This document shows positions 1-9,927 of a stretch of 64,000 nt of DNA, piece by piece. How positions within the stretch are numbered: the stretch's first letter is position 1; each line of letters opens with the position of its first letter. The notes beneath the pieces were generated by a model, which made no database searches, was not told the origin of the DNA, and was given only the letters and a program-made list of their open reading frames with translations. The translations under genes were made by a program, and so were the position numbers. Origin of the DNA: an uncultured Cytophagales bacterium. GTDB taxonomy: Bacteria; Bacteroidota; Bacteroidia; Cytophagales; Cyclobacteriaceae. The stretch lies in the NCBI GenBank assembly GCA_963835365.1, contig CAWIFH010000013.1, positions 73,707 to 137,706 on the forward strand. The letters run 5' to 3'.

Positions 1-229
1 CAAACTCTACCATGGTGGGCCTGGATTGGATAGTGAGCACCAGTCCCATGATAAAGGCCGTAATAGCCACCAGCGGGAAAGATTTATAGCCCACCCAGAA
101 GCATTGCCGCAAAAATTCGCCATACTCCTGGCGTGGTTTAAACAATTCTTTAAAAAAGCGCCTGGTAAAACCAGTGAGCTCCCCGATTTCATTGAGAAAC
201 GGGCTGTTAAGTTGGACTATTTGTCTCAC
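1..229 (-). CDS. mlaE: MlaE/YrbE family ABC permease, N-terminal part (runs off window)
   Basis: Not in ORF track; manual translation from GTG 229: ...FLRQCFWVGYKSFPLVAITAFIMGLVLTIQSRPTMVEF, typical MlaE TM1. Confidence 0.85.
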   Translation of the reverse strand, partial: MRQIVQLNSPFLNEIGELTGFTRRFFKELFKPRQEYGEFLRQCFWVGYKSFPLVAITAFIMGLVLTIQSRPTMVEF

Positions 230-251
230 CTGATGTTGAATTTTATAGGTA

Positions 252-317
252 TAAAAGTGTTTTTTTTTGCTTTACAAAGTGGTGATCATTGTCTACACAT
301 TTGATGATGCTCGTCAT
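252..317 (-). promoter_or_regulatory. Regulon A promoter of mlaE: tandem boxes plus -7 element
   Basis: GTGAtcattgTCTA 282-295; perfect ATGAtgctcgTCAT 304-317 (22 bp apart); -7-like CACTTTTA at 252-259 (minus), 30 nt from the proximal box. Confidence 0.65.
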
Positions 318-1068
318 GGCTGCTAAGGTCGTTAACCGCCTCACTATCATTTTAAAACCTAAAAAACTTTAGAACCTGTCTCCGGGACTGCCCTAAAATT
401 TTTATTTTGACCAATTGCGTGGGGGCGCCCAGCCTGCGGCTACCAGCCCAATTTTGCGCGAATCCTTTAGCTCCACTGCCCCAATGGAATGGCGGCAGCT
501 TTTTTCCGAACCATAGCGCTGGCTACGCGTCCCGGACTCCGCGTCCCAGCTATTCTTTTTAAGGAGAGCTGGGAGCGCCTGGCTTTGACTTCGCACAATC
601 CTTCCATGTGGGATACCGGCCTTTCGAAAGCAACAATAAATTCCGACAGCCGCTTAGGGACTTCTGGAAAAGCTGATTGTAGGCTTTTTAAAGGATTTAA
701 TGGTATCTCTTGCTATAAAGTCTGTAGGCCTTCCGGGAGCTCGAGGACATTGGCTCTTTATGAAAGTGCCTGGTTATATTTACCAGCTGGAATCTGGCGC
801 GCGTTTAGCGAAGCCTAAGGCGTGACTTTGGTGAGCCAAACCAGCATGAAACCTGGCCTTGTGCTTATTAAGTATATAAAATCATAAAGAACCAGGACAT
901 TTTTTTATACAAGGGGATGTTAAGAAAACCGTTCGGCTGTACATGCGTAACTTATTGATTATGAGTACAAACATCGATGTTTAAGCGGTAATAAAGTTTA
1001 ATGATTTCTCCTCTAAATGCTTTATGATTGGATAATTTCTGTTTAAATTAGAAGAAACACATTTTTTT

Positions 1069-2589
1069 ATGTCTCCTTACAAGTCAATTTCCTTAGAGAG
1101 CGAGGCAGGATTTAGGGTTATTTTTGAATGTGCTACGATTAGTATGCTGGTAGTTAACGAAAAAGGCAAGATTGAACTATCTAATTCTTGTGCGGAACAA
1201 CTCTTTGGGTATGGTCCGGCAGAGCTAAGCGGGCAGCCAATCGAAGTAATAATTCCTGAAAGCCTACACCTTCAACAGCAATCGCAGGGTAGTGACTATT
1301 TTGACACACCCAAAGCACTGCCGATGAGTATTAATCAGGAGTTATCTGCCCGAAAAAAAGATGGTACCATTTTTCCGGTGGAGATTTGCCTGGGTCATTT
1401 TGAACTGGAAGGTGCTAAACTGGTGGTTGCCTTTGTAAAAGATGTTACTTTGGAGCTGGCGGCAAAAAAAGTATTGGCCGATCGGGAAGCCTGGTTCAGA
1501 AATATGACTGAAAATATTCCTGTCATGATATGGGTGGCCGGGCCTGATAAGAAGTGTAATTATTTTAATAAAAGCTGGACTGCGTTTACAGGAAGAAGCA
1601 TGGAGCAGGAGCTGGATAGTGGCTGGGAAGAAAATATTCACCCCGAAGATCTGTTAAATGTCCACTCCACCTATGACAGGGTATTTGCATTGCACCAACC
1701 TTTTATAATTGAATACCGCCTGCGCCGCCATGACGGTCACTACCGTTGGTTGCAGCAGGTGGGGGACCCAACTTATTCGGCTGAAAATATTTTTAGTGGT
1801 TTTATCGGCTTCTGCTCCGATGTCCAGGAACAGCGAATGCAAAAAAAAGAGCTGGAGGAACTGGTACAAAAGCGGACGGCGGACATGTATCAGGCACTGA
1901 AGCGGGAGAAAGAAATGAATGAAATGAAATCTCGTTTCGTTTCTATGGCCTCGCACGAATTCCGAACTCCACTGACCATTGTTCTTTCCAGCACATCTTT
2001 GGTCGAACAAATGGCAGGAGCGGAAATAGATGAAAGGATAAGTAAACATCTGCGGAGGATAAAATCTTCTGTGAATTATCTTACCACTATCCTGAATGAT
2101 TTTTTATCGCTTGATAAGCTGGAACAGGGAAAAGTAGAAGTCCTGGAGGAGGAATTTGACATCGAAAAATTTCTGCATGAGGTGGTAGAAAACCTGAACC
2201 TTATGCAAAAGAGTAGTCAGCGGATTCGCCTTGTTCATAAGGGAAGTCCCCAGGTTGTTATAGACAGAAGTAAATTCCGCCATATTATAGAAAACCTTAT
2301 CTCCAATGCAATTAAATATTCTGCGGAGGATACCCATATTCAGGTTGATTCTGAAAATAGGGATGGCTTTTTAACCATTAGGGTAGAAGACCAGGGAATT
2401 GGCATACCAGAAGAACAGCAAAAGTTGATGTTTAATAAGTTTTTTCGGGCAAAAAATACCGTGAGCGTACAGGGGACAGGACTGGGGCTAACGATTGTAA
2501 AAAGTTATGTCGACCTGATGAACGGACACATACGCTTTGTAAGTAAAGAAGGGCAGGGTACTACCTTTATTGTTGAACTGCCTCAATAA
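1069..2589 (+). CDS. PAS-PAS sensor histidine kinase
   Basis: Two PAS/PAC domains, H-box ASHEFRTPL, N-box NLISNAIKYS, G-boxes DQGIG/GTGLGL. Confidence 0.95.
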   Translation: MSPYKSISLESEAGFRVIFECATISMLVVNEKGKIELSNSCAEQLFGYGPAELSGQPIEVIIPESLHLQQQSQGSDYFDTPKALPMSINQELSARKKDGTIFPVEICLGHFELEGAKLVVAFVKDVTLELAAKKVLADREAWFRNMTENIPVMIWVAGPDKKCNYFNKSWTAFTGRSMEQELDSGWEENIHPEDLLNVHSTYDRVFALHQPFIIEYRLRRHDGHYRWLQQVGDPTYSAENIFSGFIGFCSDVQEQRMQKKELEELVQKRTADMYQALKREKEMNEMKSRFVSMASHEFRTPLTIVLSSTSLVEQMAGAEIDERISKHLRRIKSSVNYLTTILNDFLSLDKLEQGKVEVLEEEFDIEKFLHEVVENLNLMQKSSQRIRLVHKGSPQVVIDRSKFRHIIENLISNAIKYSAEDTHIQVDSENRDGFLTIRVEDQGIGIPEEQQKLMFNKFFRAKNTVSVQGTGLGLTIVKSYVDLMNGHIRFVSKEGQGTTFIVELPQ

Positions 2590-2782
2590 GGAAGCCAGGC
2601 GGCTCGAGCCACCTTTTATTTTAGTAGAAATTTTCAGTAACTGGCTGCTTCTACCAACCATTTGATGCAAATTTATCCCCTCCCCGGGACCTTATCCTCC
2701 AGTTGCTTCAGCGCGGCAGAGGAAATCTTAGCCAAGCCTGTTAATGGTATACCTAAAGAGGAGCCATATCTCTCCTTTGATG

Positions 2783-2826
2783 ACGATGACCATCGTTGAT
2801 AGCCCCTGTGCCTACTTTTAAATTTA
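2783..2826 (+). promoter_or_regulatory. Regulon A box plus -7 element
   Basis: Palindrome ACGAtgaccaTCGT 2783-2796; TAAATTTA 2819-2826 ends 30 nt downstream. Confidence 0.55.
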
Positions 2827-3197
2827 CCCTAAATTCTCAACAAGAAGGAAAACAGCCTGCTCTTTAACCAAATGGCCTGCTTCCTTGAGATAGTTCAAGG
2901 AAGGCTGGTGATAACTGCTGATCGGTTGTCTGACTTTTATTTCCCCCGGAACTGCAATTGTGGCGGTTTTAGCAGCAAACTGGATCAATAACACCTACTG
3001 CCAGGGAGGCTGGTGACAGGAAAAATGGGAATGACGGCTTTCGGTCTTTTTATAATGCTGAAGCCGGTTTCTTTAACTCTAATTATAGGGGCCTTCATCC
3101 TGTTTACTGTTCTGCCTGACAGTGGGGAAAGAGGGTAAATATGTAAGTCGAAAACTGCCGGTAAGTTCACTTTTACCTAAGCTTAAAATACAGTAAA

Positions 3198-3623
3198 ATG
3201 AAAACATTTCTCAAAACCGTCGCTTCATTTTTGCTTCTTATCAATGGGGTGGGGGCCATATACGGTGGCTGGCATTTAATGAATCACCCCGATGGAAGCA
3301 GCCTTCAAATGCCCGTGTATGTCTTGCAATATTCTCCTTTTACCGATTATTTTATTCCCGGACTTATACTGTTTGTTGCCAATGGCTTGTTCAGCTTTTT
3401 TGTGTTGATAGCCCTGCTGTTTAAAATTCCAAAACACCCATGGCTGGTAATGATCCAGGGAGCCATTCTCACCGGATGGATTGTGGTCCAGTGTCTGATG
3501 CTCCAAAGTATTCACACTTTGCATGTTATCTTTGGTAGCATAGGGGCCGTTTTAATGATTTGTGGTTGGATGATTAACTCCCATAAGGTTGGGCAAATAA
3601 AAAAACATGAGCTGGTGTCCTGA
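3198..3623 (+). CDS. Hypothetical 4-TM membrane protein
   Basis: 141 aa, four hydrophobic segments, SPFTDYFIPGLILF motif, A-rich start context. Confidence 0.8.
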   Translation: MKTFLKTVASFLLLINGVGAIYGGWHLMNHPDGSSLQMPVYVLQYSPFTDYFIPGLILFVANGLFSFFVLIALLFKIPKHPWLVMIQGAILTGWIVVQCLMLQSIHTLHVIFGSIGAVLMICGWMINSHKVGQIKKHELVS

Positions 3624-3670
3624 AGACCGGTTATTCCCGCTGATTTTATTTTACCTGTATGCGATAACAA

Positions 3671-4498
3671 CTACGTGCGCAAATTAAAGATAAGTATGGG
3701 GGATTTTGGCTGATAAGCCATTTCTATAGTTATGCTTCTGGTCAATAAAGAATCTATAAAGGGGCGCCTGTAATGGGCCATAACCAATAATGTACCCGGG
3801 TTTTCGTTTAAAAATTCTTCTATGCCTTTAGAAAAAGATGCAGCGAATTTTAACTGGTGGGAGGTAAAAAGGAAAGGCATCTTTTGATTTACCAGCTCAA
3901 CCAGTCCCCGGTGCAGGATTTGTTCATAAAGCGAGTTGTGGGGCGCCACATGGATGGTATGTAGGTTTAAACCTATTTGCGTAGCGAGCCAGACCACTTC
4001 CTTCAGAACATCCAGGTCATCTTCTCTGTAGTCGACTGCATACACAACTTTATCCGTTTGATGATAGGCAGCCTGTTCTGGCACTGCCAGAACAGGCACA
4101 TCGGTACGCCGTATAAGTTCGGCCGTATTGCTGCCAAAAAAAGCCTTTTTTAGGCCACTGGCTCCTTTGGTTCCCATCACAATTAAATCGGCCCCTGTTT
4201 CTTCTGCCACTTCCATTATTGAATGAACCACATTGCCTTCCCTTAAGAACCCCTGGTACTTTACATTTTCAAAAGACTCCTTTTCTTCTAATGTCGCAAT
4301 CATTTCTTTCAGCTTTTTTTTTGCATCCTGCGTCATGTTTTGAATTGTCTCGTCCTTTCTTGCCGCAAAATCATAGGGTGTTTGATTCACGTGTAGCAAA
4401 AAGAGGTCGGCCTCAATCCTGCTACAAAGCCCTACAGCATAATGTATGGCATTATCTGCATTGGCCGAAAAATCAGTAGGAAGAAGAATCTTTTTCAT
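3671..4498 (-). CDS. Universal stress protein (tandem USP)
   Basis: MKKILLPTDFS start (ATG 4498), DLIVMGTKG..FFGSNT motif. Confidence 0.95.
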   Translation of the reverse strand: MKKILLPTDFSANADNAIHYAVGLCSRIEADLFLLHVNQTPYDFAARKDETIQNMTQDAKKKLKEMIATLEEKESFENVKYQGFLREGNVVHSIMEVAEETGADLIVMGTKGASGLKKAFFGSNTAELIRRTDVPVLAVPEQAAYHQTDKVVYAVDYREDDLDVLKEVVWLATQIGLNLHTIHVAPHNSLYEQILHRGLVELVNQKMPFLFTSHQLKFAASFSKGIEEFLNENPGTLLVMAHYRRPFIDSLLTRSITIEMAYQPKSPILIFNLRT

Positions 4499-4640
4499 AA
4501 AATTTATTTTATTGGCCAGCATTTTTTTGTAAAATTTCCGACACGACTGAAACTTGAATATAAAAGTTTTGATTTGTTAGGAGGCTTCAATCATTTATCC
4601 TTATGTTGATATAATATTGTAATTAATTGCCGGATTTTTA

Positions 4641-4706
4641 GTGATGTAGATTTTTGTTTCAGACGATGATGATCATTCTAACAGCCTTCGCAAGGCTGTA
4701 AATTGA
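4641..4706 (+). promoter_or_regulatory. Regulon A promoter of the kinase/REC-Crp operon (possible autoregulation)
   Basis: GTGAtgtagaTTTT 4641; ACGAtgatgaTCAT 4663-4676; TAAATTGA 4699-4706 ends 30 nt downstream. Confidence 0.55.
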
Positions 4707-4724
4707 TGCCAGTTTAACAGTTAT

Positions 4725-6669
4725 ATGAAGCTGTTCCTGGGCGACCATATTTGTATGAGCGATCAACTTTTTCATTGGAAGTTCCTCTTAGCGGGTTTTG
4801 GCCTGATGTCTCTGGTATTTATGATTGAAAAATACACGGGTTCATTAGTTGGCACAGTTGCTTATATTTTTATCGCTCTTGGTTTTCTGTGGTTGTTAAG
4901 AAAATCTCGTTATTTAGTTTTTTTCGGTGTTTTTGCTACACTTTTTATGGTGGCTCCTTTCCTTTTCTTTGTTAAATCAATGGAGCAAAATCCGGCCATT
5001 GTTATCAACAGGATCATATCTATGGCAGTGGTATGGTCGGCAGTATATTTTGTTTATCGTTTTAATAAACTGGATACTGAGCAAACGGATAACACCAACA
5101 GGCTTAATGCCCTCTTTGAAAATGCCAATGAAGGAATTCTTTTTGCCGATGAAAACGGCCTCATTATCAAGACAAATCCTTTTCTGGATAAAATGCTTGG
5201 GTATGCTGCCGGGGAATTGCTTAACCGGAATTTGCAACTGTTGATTCCGGACCATTATGCCATGAAGCATGTAGAACACATGAAAAATTATGTACAAAAG
5301 CCTGGTGGCAGGCATAAAGGAAGGGAGCTTTTGGGCCAGGAGTAAAGATGGCCATTCCTTTCCTGTAGAGATTAGTCTCAGCCATTTTTACGACCGGAAG
5401 AGGTTTACTGTTATCGCCTTTATGGTGGATGCGACTGAGAAAAAGCAAAACCAGGCTCTGATAGAAGCCAGCTTTAGCAATATTCAGCATTACAATCAAA
5501 AGCTGGAGGAACAGGTACAGCAAAGAACAAATGAACTTGAGCAGGCGAACCAGGAACTAAAAAAAGGCCAGTCTCTCTACAAAGCCATGGCCCAGAATTT
5601 TCCGGATGGCATTATCGGGGTGCTGGACAGGAACCTGAAATACCTGCTGGTGGATGGGAAAAACATTAGGCTGGTAGGATTAAATGAAGAAACAGTTATT
5701 GGTGACCGGATTTTTGACGATATTCATTCATTAATCTCAATACAAGCAGAAAAAGCCCTGAAAAAAGTATACCTCGGAGAAAATATTTCTTTTGATGTAG
5801 AATTGCAGGACAAAATTTACAATATAACATCTGTTCCTATTCCAGGAACGGGAAAAGAAATAGCTGAAATTCTTGTTGTAATTAAAAATATAAGTGAACA
5901 AAAAAAGCTTGAGAAAGAACTTGTTAAAACTCTTGAAAAGGAAAGAGAATTAAATTTTTTGAAAACAAGGTTTGTGACCATTGCCTCGCATGAATTCCGT
6001 ACCCCGCTCACAACTATTTTGTCTTCGGCCTATTTACTGGAACATTTTGGTGGGGAACAGCTTGAGAGGGAAAAAAAGAAACACCTGGGCCGTATTACAC
6101 TGGCTGTCCATGGAATGACGGAGCTATTAAATGACTTTCTTTTAGTGGGCAAACTTGAGGAAGAAAAAGTAAAGGCAACTTATAAAGAATTCCACCTGAT
6201 GCAGTTCATGAAGGATTTGTTGCAGGAACTTGAAATGGTAAAAAAAGAGGGACAAAAGTTAAACCTTTTTTTTGACGTTGTTCCAAGCCTCGTGTTGCTG
6301 GATCAACAATTGTTAAAAAGTATTTTGATGAATCTCCTTTCCAATGCAATAAAATATTCCCCGGTTGGAGAAAGAATTCAAATATCGGTAGAGAAACATA
6401 ATGATGAAATTATATTTGAAATACAGGATAAGGGCATTGGTATTCCCAAAGAAGAGCAGAAATATATTTTTAAACGTTTCTTTCGGGCACATAATACAAC
6501 CGATATCCAGGGTACAGGCCTGGGCCTGAATATCGCAAATAAATATGTAAAGCTGCTGAAGGGGAGCATTGCATTTACAAGCAGCTTAAATCAGGGCACC
6601 ACCTTTACGGTAAATGTTCCCCTTAAATTTAATAAGCAGAAAAAAATAACTAAAACGATTATTCCATGA
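4725..6669 (+). CDS. Membrane-anchored heme-PAS (FixL-like) sensor histidine kinase, split by a +1 frameshift near 5330
   Basis: ORFs 4725-5345 and 5290-6669 join if one T is removed from CTTTTGG (GRELWARSKDG); TM region, PAS with IPDHYAMKH, H-box ASHEFRTPL. Confidence 0.9.
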
Positions 6670-7724
6670 GTTACCACATTTTATTAATAGAGGATAATGC
6701 TCATATGGCAGAGAATATTTCCAGTATCCTGGAGCTGGCCCATTATCAGGTAACGAGTGCTCTCAATGGCAAAATAGGAGCGGAAATAGCCCAGCAAACC
6801 CTACCAGATCTTATTTTATGCGATATAATGATGCCTGAGCTTGATGGATACGGGGTGCTGCATATTCTTCAGGCAAACCCGGAGACCTCAAACATTCCTT
6901 TTATTTTCCTGACCGCCAAAGCGGATAAAAGTGATTTTAGAGCAGGGATGAACCTGGGAGCAGATGATTATATTACCAAACCTTTTGATGGAGTAGACCT
7001 GCTTAGAGTCGTGGAAATGCGCTTAAAGAAAGATGGGACCCTGCGCGCCAGGTATGGGAATAGTCCTTTCGACAAGGCTTCTTTTTTCAGCAAAACCAGG
7101 GAGCTGCATGATTTAAAGAAACTCTTTGAGAACCGGGTACACCGGATATTTAAAAAGAAGAGCTTTATTTTTATGGAAGGTCAGAATCCCAATGATGTCT
7201 TTTACATAGAAAAGGGTAGGGTAAAAACCTATAAAATGAATGATGATGGAAAGGAACTCATTACCGGAATACTTGGGGAAGGTGATTTTGTAGGCTACGT
7301 TTCCTTGCTGGAAGACAAGCCATATAACGAGAGTGCAGAGGTACTGGAAGAAACAGAGGTCTCAGTAATACCTAAATCTGAATTTTTGGCATTGATCTAT
7401 TCAAGCAAGGATGTTGCCAGAAAGTTTATCAAAATGCTAACGAATAATCTGGAGGAAATGGAAAGCAGAATGCTGGATATTGCTTACCAGTCTGTGCGAA
7501 AGCGCGTAGCCAGTGTACTGCTTAAAATCAACGAAAGGTTTTCTGAGGCCGGTAAGGCTCCTCTGATTACCATAGCAAGAAAGGATATATCAAGTATGGT
7601 AGGAACTGCCACCGAATCCCTTAATCGAACACTGGTGGATTTTAAGAATGAAGGCCTTATTGAAATTTCAGATAAGGGCCTTAAAATACTTAATAAACCA
7701 AAACTTGAGCGACTTCTGCATTAA
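6666..7724 (+). CDS. Response regulator fused to a Crp/Fnr cNMP-binding and HTH domain
   Basis: REC (ILLIEDN, DLILCDIMMP, DDYITKPF); Crp beta-roll (IFMEG..VFYIEKGRVK); HTH RKDISSMVGTATESLNR; overlaps kinase stop. Confidence 0.95.
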   Translation: MSYHILLIEDNAHMAENISSILELAHYQVTSALNGKIGAEIAQQTLPDLILCDIMMPELDGYGVLHILQANPETSNIPFIFLTAKADKSDFRAGMNLGADDYITKPFDGVDLLRVVEMRLKKDGTLRARYGNSPFDKASFFSKTRELHDLKKLFENRVHRIFKKKSFIFMEGQNPNDVFYIEKGRVKTYKMNDDGKELITGILGEGDFVGYVSLLEDKPYNESAEVLEETEVSVIPKSEFLALIYSSKDVARKFIKMLTNNLEEMESRMLDIAYQSVRKRVASVLLKINERFSEAGKAPLITIARKDISSMVGTATESLNRTLVDFKNEGLIEISDKGLKILNKPKLERLLH

Positions 7725-7845
7725 AAACCCTGGTCCACTGCCAGTAATGGTCGCCTGCCGCCACGCTCCATAAGTTGTCAGGAACTTCCGGGCTCCCCGC
7801 AACCAGAATTAGAGCAAATCAGGTGTAATTGGTTTTAACAGCCTG

Positions 7846-8676
7846 CTAGTGATAAGCACCCGGAATGGCTAGTAAAGGCACTTTTGTACGCAGCGTCATT
7901 TCCTGGGTGTTCCCTGTTTTAAATATCGTATTCCAGAAGCCGGCTTTGTGCGGAGACATCACCAACAAATCGGCCTGGAAATCATGCACTCCTTTTTCTA
8001 TGCCCCCTATAATATCATCATGTTCAATATGCTGATAGGAGTGTTTTACACTTTTAAAAATTAACTCAATCCCTGAAACCATTTCCGGCATATTTCTACC
8101 TGGTACAGCATAGGCTTCCTCTTTGGCCACCTGGAGGATTTGTAAGTGGGCGTTAAAAGCATAAACGAGTTTTTTTAATAAACCAAGATTAGTGTCCAGG
8201 ATCAGTTTTCTGCTGTCACAGGCAAAAAGAATATTTTTAATTTCATGAAATACAGCGTTTTCAGGAATTATCAGTACCGGAAAGTTCGCCTGCCTCAGAA
8301 TGTTGGTGGTGGTATTCCCAAGCAATTTATGCGTTAAAAAGCTGCCTCCCATACCCATTACAACCACATCAGCATGTTTATCCTGGACCAGTTTTTTCAA
8401 CCCGCCCATCATAAAAGAAGCGCTGCTTACACTTTCGGTCTTCATACCAAACGTCTCCTCAATTTCCTGTGCCATGCTTTGGAGCCGTTCCATATTTTCC
8501 TCTTTCAAACCTTCCAAATCCGGAATGGAAAATGGAATTCTGCTGCTAGGGTTGGGTAGATGGAAAGTGTTGAAAAGAATGAGCCGGGAATTAAAGTACT
8601 TTGCAAGTGCAGCAGCATAGGCAACAGCATTGTCGGCTGCTTCTGAATAGTCGGTCGTTGCAATAATCGTTTTCAT
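7846..8676 (-). CDS. Universal stress protein
   Basis: MKTIIATTDYS, DVVVMG..LLGNTT. Confidence 0.95.
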   Translation of the reverse strand: MKTIIATTDYSEAADNAVAYAAALAKYFNSRLILFNTFHLPNPSSRIPFSIPDLEGLKEENMERLQSMAQEIEETFGMKTESVSSASFMMGGLKKLVQDKHADVVVMGMGGSFLTHKLLGNTTTNILRQANFPVLIIPENAVFHEIKNILFACDSRKLILDTNLGLLKKLVYAFNAHLQILQVAKEEAYAVPGRNMPEMVSGIELIFKSVKHSYQHIEHDDIIGGIEKGVHDFQADLLVMSPHKAGFWNTIFKTGNTQEMTLRTKVPLLAIPGAYH

Positions 8677-8845
8677 GATATGATTTTAAAAAATTGATAA
8701 GTCTATTTATTTAGGGGCAGAGGTTTGTAAAACCAAGGCTCCTGCTTAGCCGCTAAAACCATAGCTGCAGGTTTCCAGTACCTCAAAGTCTATTTACATT
8801 TTTTTGCCATGTTCCTGAAGTTGCACAAAGAACATAGTATAGGGA

Positions 8846-8912
8846 ATGAGCAGGATCATTAAAAATACAGGACTTTAATCATGTTTTTTCCGTGCGTCCC
8901 TTTTTACCTTTA
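8846..8912. promoter_or_regulatory. Regulon A tandem boxes, probably bidirectional
   Basis: Perfect ATGAgcaggaTCAT 8846-8859; AGGActttaaTCAT 8869-8882; TACCTTTA 8905-8912 ends 30 nt downstream on +. Confidence 0.65.
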
Positions 8913-8990
8913 AAGGGAATTCAGGGGATGAGGGTGCTGACAAGGGTAAAAGAGGCCTGCCACATAAGAGGAACTTTCAGGCCAACCACT

Positions 8991-9566
8991 TCAATAACTA
9001 AGCACCTGCCTGGGAGGGTTTGCAAGCTGTTTGTTTTCAGGAAATCTGTTAAAAATTTTGGTGACTGCCTTTTCGATTAGCAGCTCGATATGCTCAGGTG
9101 AGGAACCAATATTGATGACGGAAACGGCCCAACCGCGCCATATTAATTTCTTGGTTTGGACATCCATTAGATCCAGAATTAAGGTTCCTTCTTTATACTG
9201 GGGCATACTTGTTTGCATACAAAACCAATAGGGGTCATTGTAAAATCCGGCTTGTTCCCGCATAACGGAGGCTTTTTCATCTACAATAATGTGATAATGG
9301 ACCATCAATTGTGGTTCAATGTCTGTGAAGATGTAGCCCCTGTTTGTTAGTTGTTGCATTACGGCCGTCTTAACCCGCTTGTCATTGAGCTCATTATAAT
9401 AAATAGGGTCTTTCCCGGCTTCTATATTTGTTTTCTGGGTCCAGTCAAAAGTGGAATAGTTCCAAAGGTCATAGTCCGGGTCATAATCGGTAAACACCTG
9501 TATTTTCGAGCTGCAACCTGTCATTAGGTAAAGAAATACAGGAATTAGGAAGATTAAATATTTCAT
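8991..9566 (-). CDS. DUF4136 family lipoprotein
   Basis: Lipobox MTGC; QYKEGTLILDLMD..LIWRGWA. Confidence 0.9.
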   Translation of the reverse strand: MKYLIFLIPVFLYLMTGCSSKIQVFTDYDPDYDLWNYSTFDWTQKTNIEAGKDPIYYNELNDKRVKTAVMQQLTNRGYIFTDIEPQLMVHYHIIVDEKASVMREQAGFYNDPYWFCMQTSMPQYKEGTLILDLMDVQTKKLIWRGWAVSVINIGSSPEHIELLIEKAVTKIFNRFPENKQLANPPRQVLSY

Positions 9567-9589
9567 GGCAATAGTATTGATTCCTGGTT

Positions 9590-9655
9590 TAAAAATAAAT
9601 GAAAGTGAGATGGAGGTAAATGACGGGGGTCCCTAAATACCAGGATTTTAATCAT
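9590..9655 (-). promoter_or_regulatory. Regulon A promoter of the DUF4136 gene
   Basis: ATGAcgggggTCCC 9620; AGGAttttaaTCAT 9642-9655; TATTTTTA (minus) 9590-9597, 30-nt rule. Confidence 0.65.
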
Positions 9656-9927
9656 CTGTATGTTCATTAAACCGCCCGGCTTGCAAGAGGTAAGGAGGGT
9701 TTATAGCGGTAGAAGAAGAGATGCCATGGAAGAAATTGTGATTTTACCACAACTGCCCTGCAATAAACAGCAGGTGCAAAGGCGCGGGAAGACAACAATT
9801 GGGCCCGTTTACCCACTTATTTGGTTCAATTATGAAGGGGAATAATTAGCGGAAACGCGGGATATAAATGGATTAGCATACGGTTTGGAACCGCAAAACA
9901 GTTTAAAAAAAAATTATTTGTGTCGAC

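Noticed and set aside
402-818. ORFs 402-596 and 489-818
   Set aside because: No recognisable motifs; the region looks like degenerate GC-rich repeat DNA
961-1037. Regulon A boxes upstream of the first kinase (ATGAgtacaaACAT)
   Set aside because: No -7 element at the 30-nt spacing and no partner box at 22 bp
5325-5340. Phase variation or programmed frameshift in the heme-PAS kinase (also in the amylase near 13570)
   Set aside because: Runs are short, and many similar indels elsewhere point to sequencing error; needs reads
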